From assembly GCA_028718865.1 (NCBI GenBank), contig JAQUKX010000005.1:368-64367 (forward strand): a stretch of 64,000 nucleotides of DNA, read 5' to 3'. The stretch's first letter is position 1; the number at the start of each line of letters is the position of its first letter. This stretch comes from Patescibacteria group bacterium (GTDB taxonomy: Bacteria; Patescibacteriota; Patescibacteriia; UBA1558; GWA2-36-10). The notes beneath the pieces were generated by a model that had not been told where the DNA came from, searched no databases, and saw only the letters and a program-made list of their open reading frames with translations. Of this stretch, positions 56,869 to 64,000 are shown in pieces. Both the position numbers and the translations under genes were made by a program.

Positions 56869-57438
56869 TTATTTCCAATTAGCGGCGCTCACCAGCCAAC
56901 TATCACCGCTATTTACCAGCGATATTTCAATATCCTGATAAAATACTTCTTCAGGCTGGGCGCCTTGTTTTTTTATTCTCTGAGTCTTGACCAAAACCCT
57001 AGCTTGAGAAGGCCCTAGGCTAGCAATACTTGACGACAAGCTCTTGGTGCTGATGCCAAAAAACTCTTCCGACTGATAATTTATTTCTAAATTGTTCAAA
57101 TAATTAACCATGACCGATGAACTAAGAGGCAAAAGCTCTCGCAAATTGGCGCCGGGATTATCACTTGACCAAGAGCCAAAACGCTCGGCAAAATTCTTGG
57201 CCAGCTCGCTGACGGCAAACTCGGTGTTGGTCTGAGCCGGCGGCAAGCTAGGATCAAACTCAAATGGCACGCTAGGCGCTTCAAATATTGGCTGTTCTTC
57301 TTCAACTGGCGCCATGGGCTGGCTCCTATCCGACAAGCGCCAAATAAGAAATAAAACTCCCAAGATTACCAAAATAGCTATGGCGATAATAATTATTTTT
57401 TTTCTTCGGTCAATTTGCATACTATTATTCTTAAACAA
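56869..57438 (-). CDS. membrane-anchored hypothetical protein
   Basis: 189 aa with a single N-terminal TM helix. Confidence 0.4.
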   Translation of the reverse strand: MFKNNSMQIDRRKKIIIIAIAILVILGVLFLIWRLSDRSQPMAPVEEEQPIFEAPSVPFEFDPSLPPAQTNTEFAVSELAKNFAERFGSWSSDNPGANLRELLPLSSSVMVNYLNNLEINYQSEEFFGISTKSLSSSIASLGPSQARVLVKTQRIKKQGAQPEEVFYQDIEISLVNSGDSWLVSAANWK

Positions 57439-57452
57439 ATTTTTTAAAAATA

Positions 57453-59348
57453 TTAAAGCTTCTCTGCTTCAGCCATTTGCTGCTCTTCAAACTCTTTTTT
57501 GGCTTCTTCAATTTCCAAAAGCTGGCGAGGATCAGAAGTAATTACTTGATGCTCGGTATAAGAAGCCTGGACTTTGATAGCCGCGTGCTTGGCGCCGGCA
57601 AAAAATATGCCTTCGCCCTGGCCGGCTTCCAAAAGTAAATACTTTTCCCCTTCCGTGAGCATAAAAGTCTTCTGCACCAGATTAATAGCCGCCGGCGTTT
57701 GCTTAAGCAGAAGCTGCAAAGAACAATTATTGACAATGGCATTGCCGTAAGCGGAAGTCAAAAAGTCATTGACATCCTGGGTAATGGTGGTGACCCCCAA
57801 ATAATATTTGCGGCAGCGCTTGACCAAAGCATACATAAACTTGGCACTATCTTCATGGCGCATCATAATCCAAGCTTCATCTACCACCAGCAAACGGCGC
57901 TTCAACTCACTGCGGATTATATTCCAAATGTAATTCATAATCACATACATGGCAATAGGCCGGAGCTCGTCCTCCAAGTCTCTGATACTGAAAACAATCA
58001 GTTGATTGTCCACTTTGATATTGGTCGGATTATTAAACAAGCCGGCAAAAGTACCTTCGGTATATTTCTTGATTCTTAGAGCCATATCCTCGCCGCCCTC
58101 CATGCCCAAGAGCACTTCTTCCAAATCCGACATCAGAGGCGGCTCAACATTGGTCAAATCACTGGCGGCAGTGATATCCTTTTTAGCATAAGTTTCTATC
58201 AAAGCTCTATCCAAAAGAGAGTCTTCGGCATTGGTAATATCGCCTATCATCAACCGAATCAATCCTTTGAGAGTAATAACCGCGCTACGCAATATATCCT
58301 CGGGCTTGGATTCTCCGCCCACTCCCCGAGGCAAATCAAAAGGATTAAGCTTACTCTCGGAATTAAGGGAAAGATTGATGTAAGCGCCATTGACGGCTTC
58401 CGACAAATGCCGATATTCATTTTCTGGGTCTATGACTATCACATCAGTACCCAGCATCATGGTGCGCAAAATTTCCAGCTTGATAGCATAGCTTTTGCCG
58501 GCTCCTGAGGTAGCAAACACCACCATATTGGCGTTTTGCAAACTAAAACGGTCAAAAAGGATCAAGCTGTTGTTGTGACGATTGATGCCGTAGAGTATGC
58601 CCTGGTCAGAAGTCAGCTCAGAAGAAACAAAAGGAAAAGAAGAAGCAATCGGCGAACTATTCATGTTGGTGGAAATGCCCAGCTCATCATTGCCCATCGG
58701 TAAAGTAGAGTTGAATCCTTGCTCAGCCTGAAACAAAGCGCGGCGGGAATAAATCAATTGCATACCAAGAAGATTTTCCACCCTATCGCTGGCCAAATCC
58801 AGCTCCTCTTTGGTTTTGGCGTAGATAGTGACATAAAGAGAAAATTGAAAAAATTTTTCCGTGCCTTGGGTCAAATCATCTCTCAATCTTTCTATATCAC
58901 GCAAAGCGGTTTCGGCAATAGGATCGCGCGGCGCGCCTTTTTCATGGTCAGCCATAATTTGCGCTTCCATATTACCGACCTTGTTTCTCAATTGTTTCAA
59001 AACCGTGGTGACATCCATTGGATAAAAAAACATGGTAATATCCAAAGTCATGCTTTCGTTGATAATCGGAGCAAACCAGCCGATAGTCAGATAACGAGGA
59101 TAAGTCATCACGAACAAGGTCCGGACATAGAGATCATTGAGGCGCAAAAAATTATTTTCTATTTTCAGAGATGAGGGGGCGATAACGTCTCGTACCGATA
59201 CTACTCCTTCTCGAAAAACTTTTTCCGCTTCCAAAATCTCCTTTTGGCGACCAATATCCTGAGCCAAGTTTTGAAGCTCGGCTTTTTGAGCTGCCTCCTT
59301 AGCTGAAGGCTGTTTTTCTACTTGTTTTATTTTTTTAAATCCAAACAT
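57453..59348 (-). CDS. VirB4/TrbE-family T4SS ATPase, C-terminal ATPase part
   Basis: Walker A TSGAGKSY and Walker B LLVVDEAW. VirB4/CagE-like. Confidence 0.85.
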   Translation of the reverse strand: MFGFKKIKQVEKQPSAKEAAQKAELQNLAQDIGRQKEILEAEKVFREGVVSVRDVIAPSSLKIENNFLRLNDLYVRTLFVMTYPRYLTIGWFAPIINESMTLDITMFFYPMDVTTVLKQLRNKVGNMEAQIMADHEKGAPRDPIAETALRDIERLRDDLTQGTEKFFQFSLYVTIYAKTKEELDLASDRVENLLGMQLIYSRRALFQAEQGFNSTLPMGNDELGISTNMNSSPIASSFPFVSSELTSDQGILYGINRHNNSLILFDRFSLQNANMVVFATSGAGKSYAIKLEILRTMMLGTDVIVIDPENEYRHLSEAVNGAYINLSLNSESKLNPFDLPRGVGGESKPEDILRSAVITLKGLIRLMIGDITNAEDSLLDRALIETYAKKDITAASDLTNVEPPLMSDLEEVLLGMEGGEDMALRIKKYTEGTFAGLFNNPTNIKVDNQLIVFSIRDLEDELRPIAMYVIMNYIWNIIRSELKRRLLVVDEAWIMMRHEDSAKFMYALVKRCRKYYLGVTTITQDVNDFLTSAYGNAIVNNCSLQLLLKQTPAAINLVQKTFMLTEGEKYLLLEAGQGEGIFFAGAKHAAIKVQASYTEHQVITSDPRQLLEIEEAKKEFEEQQMAEAEKL

Positions 59349-60022
59349 TATGTTTCCACATTTAATTTATTGACCGCTTCTAGCCCCTGACGCTGGTAAA
59401 GGTCGGGATTATAACTGTTGTAATAAAGCTCTATCAAAGCCTGCGTCTCCAGACGCTCATTGCGTAGCCCTAAGCTGTTGAGACCAGCCGAGACAAAACT
59501 GCAGCGTTTGTCCAGCTGCTGGCCGAACTCCTCAAAGCGCTTACGGCTCAAGGTCACTACCTTGGCAGCGGAAAAAACCGAAGAAAACCTGGCAACAAAA
59601 CTGCGATTTTTATCACTGACAGCATTATAGGGCACAATAACATAAAATCGTTTGCTCATAATTTTCTCCAAAGTCAAAAGCTCTTTGACAAATTCCCGAT
59701 AATCAGCGGTCTGCATTCGCAATAATTCATTAGTCTGCTCTCTTTCCACTTTTTTCAAACGATCCAAATACTCATCAATATCCAAAGGCCGAGACTGGAT
59801 AACTATCTGCAAAGGATAATCCACGGAATTAAGAAAATTGACATAATTGGCAATAATCGCCTGCTGCTCATCCCCTGATTTGAGATCAAAATTAATAGAA
59901 GAAACCAAAAGCACGCCGCGGACACTGCCATCATTTAAAAGCACTAGATCATCTCTGATTTCAGCGATGTTGAGAAATTTTTGGGTTGAATTACTTGGTC
60001 CTTTCTTTTTTTTATTTTTCAT
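59348..60022 (-). CDS. VirB4 N-terminal domain protein (split VirB4; TAATG stop/start overlap with the ATPase part)
   Basis: LNIAEIRDDLVLLNDGSVRGVLLVSSINFDLKSGDEQQAI matches the conserved VirB4 N-terminal segment. Its stop codon overlaps the downstream ATG by 1 nt. Confidence 0.6.
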   Translation of the reverse strand: MKNKKKKGPSNSTQKFLNIAEIRDDLVLLNDGSVRGVLLVSSINFDLKSGDEQQAIIANYVNFLNSVDYPLQIVIQSRPLDIDEYLDRLKKVEREQTNELLRMQTADYREFVKELLTLEKIMSKRFYVIVPYNAVSDKNRSFVARFSSVFSAAKVVTLSRKRFEEFGQQLDKRCSFVSAGLNSLGLRNERLETQALIELYYNSYNPDLYQRQGLEAVNKLNVET

Positions 60023-60035
60023 AAAAATATCTCTG

Positions 60036-60494
60036 CTAAATTCTCAAATTATTTTCCTTGTTGGCATCACCTTCTCCTTTGTAAGCTCCGCCCGTGTCAA
60101 TAATCAAGGATAATTCCGATAATTTCTTGCTGGAAACCATTTTTTTTCTAGGCAAGACTTCTTCAGCGGCTGCTCCTTCGTCCTTGCTCTTGAAAACTTC
60201 TATTTTTATATACTCTTTGCGCCAGACTCGGACATTGGGCTTTTTCAAAGTTTCTATAAAATTAAGGGCAAAAAGATGAAAAGGAGCGCCATTGACTTTG
60301 TAAAAAGCAAAAACTATAGTCAGCACTACTGTTAAAAAAGCTTGCAAAAGAAAAAGCGAAAAGTCCGATAATTTGTAGGCCAAAAATATAAATAAGCCGC
60401 CGACCATGACAATAATAAACTGCCGGATGGTTATCGGTCCCCAGATTTTATTTTCTGCATCAATAAACTGTGGCACTATAAATCTATTTTCCAT
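60036..60494 (-). CDS. PrgI/VirB3-like small membrane protein
   Basis: FIVPQFIDAENKIWGPITIRQFIIVMVGGLFIF resembles the PrgI family. Two TM helices. Confidence 0.5.
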   Translation of the reverse strand: MENRFIVPQFIDAENKIWGPITIRQFIIVMVGGLFIFLAYKLSDFSLFLLQAFLTVVLTIVFAFYKVNGAPFHLFALNFIETLKKPNVRVWRKEYIKIEVFKSKDEGAAAEEVLPRKKMVSSKKLSELSLIIDTGGAYKGEGDANKENNLRI

Positions 60495-60500
60495 GCTATT

Positions 60501-61895
60501 TTAAAATCTCAATTTTTTATTTAAATCGGCAATAGCGGAAAATTCTTCTATGGCCAAATGACTGGCATCGGCCTGCTGACGCTGAGCCAAAAATTCCTCA
60601 ATTGCCTGCCCTTGACCCATGCTTTTGGCGCCTAAGGACAAATAAAGCTGGTGCAAAGGACTGTTTCTCCACGCAGCAATGCCTTGGGCTTTTTTGGTAA
60701 AAGAATCTTTTTCCAATAAATTTATCTTGGCCAAAATCTTTTCTACTCTTTCCTGAGGACTCTGACCCAAGCGACGAAAAGCAGTCAAATCCAAAGAGCC
60801 TATTTCCATCACTGGCCCGGTCAAAACCGCCTTGGGCGCCGGCCGACTGACAGAACTTGCCTTGGCCAAAACATCAGCCAGCTGTTTTTTAGCCGGCATT
60901 GCTTGCGGCCGCAATACTTTTGGCAAATTTTCTTTATCATTATCGCTGACTGTTTTTTCTTGAGGTAGGGAAAAATCTTCTTTGGCGGACGCTTGGCTTT
61001 TTAAAGGCTGAAGCGGCTGCTCAAGCGCTGGGCTTGGCTCGTCTTTTTTTGTTTCTTCTTTACCAGCTTGATCTTTTTTATCAAGTTTTTCCGCTAATGC
61101 CTCTGTCTTTTTTTCCGGCCCTAAAGAATCTTGCTTTGACTCATTTGCGTCTTGAGTTTTGGCAATATCATCCGGCAAAGAAAAATTCGGCTTTTGAGTA
61201 AGGGCCAATCCGGCCAGAGCATTGTCTATTTCCGCTTGAGGAGGCTGGCTCAAATCCTCGTTTTCTTCCAAAACAATGGTTTTTAATTTCAGCTTGTCGT
61301 CTTTTATCTCAGGCGCCGTGACCGGTGCTGGCTGCCAAACTACCAAACCGCCGGTTGCCGATATTTTTTCCTTGATGCCCTTGGCCACTGACATAATAGC
61401 GTCAATGGTTTTTTCCGGCAGCAGTCGGCCATCTGACTTGACCTTTTCACTGATAAAAATTCTGGTGCTAATGGAATTTTTCCGGTTGCGCAAAAAGTTA
61501 AAAATAGCCTCAATAAATTTTTTTCTATCCTCGCCGGCTAAATTCAAATTCTGTTTTTCTATTATCTTGGCCGAAATTTTTTCCACTGAATATTTTTTGC
61601 TCTCATCTTGAGGAAGGTGTCCAGCCAAAACCTCCAAATCCTTTTTGTCTTCCGGATGAAAGTGAAAATCAGCTTTATCGCTTGATTTACCCCTAAATTT
61701 CGCGTAATTATCCTCCCGAAAGTGCTCCTCAGTTGCTGTTTTTGGCAAATCAACCCTATCTGAAGCTGCGCTTGAGGCCGGCGTTTGCTTCTTTTGATAG
61801 TATGACAAAAGGCCTTGCTCATCTTTTAGAAGCAAATTTTCTTTCCAATTGACAGCAACCGGCGCACTGATTGTCTGATTGTCTATATCTGGCAT
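60501..61895 (-). CDS. hypothetical low-complexity protein encoded with the T4SS-like genes
   Basis: 464 aa, K/E/P-rich with a more ordered C-terminal region. No TM helix. Confidence 0.4.
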   Translation of the reverse strand: MPDIDNQTISAPVAVNWKENLLLKDEQGLLSYYQKKQTPASSAASDRVDLPKTATEEHFREDNYAKFRGKSSDKADFHFHPEDKKDLEVLAGHLPQDESKKYSVEKISAKIIEKQNLNLAGEDRKKFIEAIFNFLRNRKNSISTRIFISEKVKSDGRLLPEKTIDAIMSVAKGIKEKISATGGLVVWQPAPVTAPEIKDDKLKLKTIVLEENEDLSQPPQAEIDNALAGLALTQKPNFSLPDDIAKTQDANESKQDSLGPEKKTEALAEKLDKKDQAGKEETKKDEPSPALEQPLQPLKSQASAKEDFSLPQEKTVSDNDKENLPKVLRPQAMPAKKQLADVLAKASSVSRPAPKAVLTGPVMEIGSLDLTAFRRLGQSPQERVEKILAKINLLEKDSFTKKAQGIAAWRNSPLHQLYLSLGAKSMGQGQAIEEFLAQRQQADASHLAIEEFSAIADLNKKLRF

Positions 61896-61950
61896 TTTTA
61901 CGATTTTATCTTGCTATATTATAACATATTTAATCCAATTGAGCCAATAA

Positions 61951-61980
61951 TAAAACCCGGCTTTTGGGCCGGGCTTTTTC
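61951..61980. terminator. bidirectional intrinsic terminator downstream of efp
   Basis: cccggc-ttttgg-gccggg hairpin with flanking A and T runs. Confidence 0.6.
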
Positions 61981-61991
61981 AATATAATTAT

Positions 61992-62549
61992 TTAAGCTCT
62001 AGCTACATATTCTCCGGTTTCAGTATTGACTATTATTTGGTCTCCGTCTTTGATAAACATCGGCGTCCTTATTTCCAAACCGTTTTCCAAAACAACTGTT
62101 TTAGTGGCCGCACCAGCGCTATTGCCTTTTACTCCTTCGGGAGCCGACGCTACTTTCAAAATCACTTTGGGAGGCAGGGCAATTGCTACTGGCTGCTGAT
62201 TAAACACCAAAACATTGACTATCTGTCCTTCTTTGAGATATTTGACTGCCTCTCCTATTAGTTCTTGAGAAAACTGAAACTGCTCAAAATCCTGATTATC
62301 CATAAAAAAATAAAGATCATTTTCCCGATAGAGAAAATTTGCCTGACGATAGCTCAAATCGGCCATCACTATATCATCAGAGCCGGAAAAAGTCTTTTCC
62401 AAAGTATTGCCGCTGACCAAATTCTTAAGCTTGGTCTTGATGACCGCTCCTCCTCTGGCCACCTTGATATGCTGAGCAAAAACTACCTGATAGGGTTCAT
62501 CTTCTATATTGATTACCCTGCCCAATTTCAAATCATTCAGCCCAGACAT
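61992..62549 (-). CDS. efp: elongation factor P
   Basis: 185 aa; KLGRVINIEDEPYQVV...VKTKLKNLVSGN pattern. Confidence 0.93.
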   Translation of the reverse strand: MSGLNDLKLGRVINIEDEPYQVVFAQHIKVARGGAVIKTKLKNLVSGNTLEKTFSGSDDIVMADLSYRQANFLYRENDLYFFMDNQDFEQFQFSQELIGEAVKYLKEGQIVNVLVFNQQPVAIALPPKVILKVASAPEGVKGNSAGAATKTVVLENGLEIRTPMFIKDGDQIIVNTETGEYVARA

Positions 62550-62551
62550 AA

Positions 62552-62770
62552 TTATTTACTCAAATAAGGCAAAAAGGCCATAAATCTAGCGCGCTTAATG
62601 GCTTGCGTCAATTCACGCTGGTGACTGGAGCAAGCACCGCTTCTCCTTTTGGGCACAATTTTGCCATAGGAAGAAGTAAATTTCTTCAGTTGCTGCCAAT
62701 TTTTGTAGTCAATATAATCTATGTTATTGACGCAAAAATAACAATATTTACTAGTTTGCTTTTTATGCAT
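62552..62770 (-). CDS. rpsR: ribosomal protein S18
   Basis: YIDYKN...[34 protein letters not shown]. Confidence 0.9.
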   Translation of the reverse strand: MHKKQTSKYCYFCVNNIDYIDYKNWQQLKKFTSSYGKIVPKRRSGACSSHQRELTQAIKRARFMAFLPYLSK

Positions 62771-62818
62771 ATGTTTGTTAATAGCTTATAGCTTATGGCC
62801 TATAGAACGTTGCTTTGG

Positions 62819-63166
62819 CTATAAACTCTTTTTAAAAGCTGTTATTTTTTTAATAAGAATTTCTGCTTCTCTATAAAGAAATACAAATTCTTTCGGCGAT
62901 ATAAATCCTCTATCTCTCGCTATGTACAACTCCGAAACTAATTCCGCATTGGATCTAATAGCATAATTAAGGAAAACTCTAAAATCATTTTTACTGCTAC
63001 TACCTGATCCCTCTGCTATATTGGCTGAGATAGAAACTACTGCCCTTTTTATTTGGCTCGACAAGCCAAATAATTAATTTTTAGGAAATTTATCAGTAAT
63101 ATCATATATTTTCCCTGCATAATTAACTGACAATTTCCAAATTTCTAAATGTTCAAATCTAAACAT
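62819..63166 (-). pseudogene. four-helix-bundle protein (Avd/'23S rRNA IVS protein' family) interrupted by an in-frame TAA at 63074-63076
   Basis: Hand translation of the minus strand from the ATG at 63166 gives MFRFEHLEIWKLSVNYAGKIYDITDKFPKN-stop-LFGLSSQIKRAVVSISANIAEGSGSSSKNDFRVFLNYAIRSNAELV..., which matches the family consensus on both sides of the stop. The ORF track only sees the TTG-initiated C-terminal 81 aa. Confidence 0.6.
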
Positions 63167-63228
63167 ATAAAATCACTTTCTTCTTCAAACTATTTACTTA
63201 TTTACTATTAGCCATAAGCTATACGCTC

Positions 63229-63717
63229 CTAAAAAGGAATGTCTTCAATGCTGATTTCTTCTTCATTACTACTCTTTTTGGCCGGAGCTTGGCTGGAAGC
63301 GCCAAAGTCAACTACCGGCTCACTCTCGGCCGGTTCAGGCTGGGATCCTTCAGACGGCATAGTGGCGGCAGCGCCCAAACGATCAAGCATAATCATATTA
63401 TCAGCGATAATTTCCGTTTTGTAGCGCTTGATGCCATTGGGATCATCCCAAGATCTGGTCTGTAGACGGCCTTCAATATAAACTTTACTGCCTTTTTTCA
63501 AATACTGGTTGCTGATTTCGGCCAAGCGTCGCCAAGCAACCACATTGTGAAATTCCGCTCTCTCCTGCTTTTGACCGCTTTGATCTTTCCAAACAAGATT
63601 GGTAGCAATGGAGAAAGAAGTGACATTTTGACCGCCAGCCGTGGAACGCATCTCTGGATCGCGCACCACATTGCCGATGATCATTACTTTGTTTAAATCC
63701 ATATGATTTTTTATCAA
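63229..63717 (-). CDS. ssb: single-stranded DNA-binding protein
   Basis: OB-fold N-terminus ([13 protein letters not shown]...), an acidic tail and a terminal IEDIPF. Confidence 0.9.
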   Translation of the reverse strand: MIKNHMDLNKVMIIGNVVRDPEMRSTAGGQNVTSFSIATNLVWKDQSGQKQERAEFHNVVAWRRLAEISNQYLKKGSKVYIEGRLQTRSWDDPNGIKRYKTEIIADNMIMLDRLGAAATMPSEGSQPEPAESEPVVDFGASSQAPAKKSSNEEEISIEDIPF

Positions 63718-63724
63718 TTGATAA

Positions 63725-64000
63725 TTAATCTATTTTCGGTCCTTTTTCCAAGATTTCATCCAGCTTTTGCGGCATTTCTCCCAACTCTATTTTATCTTCT
63801 TTTTTATCAGCTACTGGACTTGGAGCCAACCGACGAGGCCTTGGGACTGCATCGCTCCTTCTTTTTCTAGGAGCCGCTTTGGTTTTGGCTTCTGGCGCAT
63901 CGGCAAAACGACTAGGATCAACCTTGCTTCTGACTGCTTCTTTTTCTTTTTTGATAATCAAATGACGCAAAATATTCTTGTCATGCTTGAGTTTGACCTC
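63725..64000 (-). CDS. rpsF: ribosomal protein S6 C-terminal part (gene continues beyond the window end)
   Basis: The reading frame is open to the window edge. ...[14 protein letters not shown] then a basic/acidic tail, consistent with the S6 C-terminus and the rpsF-ssb-rpsR order. Confidence 0.55.
   Translation of the reverse strand, partial: EVKLKHDKNILRHLIIKKEKEAVRSKVDPSRFADAPEAKTKAAPRKRRSDAVPRPRRLAPSPVADKKEDKIELGEMPQKLDEILEKGPKID

Noticed and set aside
62819-63166. A second DGR suggested by the second Avd-family gene.
   Set aside because: No reverse transcriptase and no TR/VR-like repeat nearby. Stand-alone four-helix-bundle genes are common outside DGRs.
1-64000. Alternative genetic code (UGA recoding, as in some CPR lineages).
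   Set aside because: Long conserved proteins (ClpC, PilB, LigA, RecG, ThrRS) are full-length under the standard code with no internal TGA. The only in-frame stop inside a conserved family is a TAA (the four-helix-bundle gene), which recoding would not explain.

Overview
This is a gene-dense, low-GC (about 35% by eye) bacterial chromosome segment with short intergenic spaces and many small hypothetical membrane proteins. The style fits a reduced-genome, CPR/Patescibacteria-like organism, but taxonomy cannot be proven from the sequence. Housekeeping content includes thrS behind a T-box-like leader, a fused miaB-miaA gene, gatB, a thymidylate-synthesis cluster (tmk, dut, folA, thyA, a P-loop kinase, dCMP deaminase), smpB plus an adjacent tmRNA candidate, infC-rpmI-rplT, tRNA-Asp, lgt, dsbA-like, gatCA, ligA, lemA-htpX, clpC, comFC, recG, efp and rpsF-ssb-rpsR. 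A roughly 16 kb type IV pilus locus at 23.7-40.1 kb contains minor pilins, pilD, a major pilin, pilC, pilT, a CheY-like REC protein, pilB and pilMNO-like genes. Its distal end encodes a large cysteine-rich secreted protein and a tail-fibre-like secreted protein. The most distinctive element, at 46.1-50.1 kb, is a small tRNA-associated islet (tRNA-Ser, tRNA-Arg, a GIY-YIG nuclease, a second tRNA-Ser). It carries a complete diversity-generating retroelement: a DGR-type reverse transcriptase with the IGNLTSQ motif, a divergently encoded Avd, a 129-bp template repeat and a target gene whose C-terminal variable repeat differs from the template almost only at template adenines. The target gene and template repeat are strikingly GC-rich (about 60%+) inside AT-rich DNA. 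The islet is bounded by a duplicated tRNA-Ser 3' fragment and a roughly 50-bp direct repeat, suggesting mobility or horizontal origin. The 3' part of the window (54.3-61.9 kb) encodes a type IV secretion-like set: a VirB2/TrbC-like pilin with a cysteine-rich tail, a split VirB4 ATPase and a PrgI/VirB3-like protein. Other points are a glycosyltransferase frameshifted in an A7 tract, an interrupted four-helix-bundle (Avd-family) gene inside the ssb-rpsR operon, and several structured intergenic elements, including a GC-rich candidate ncRNA.
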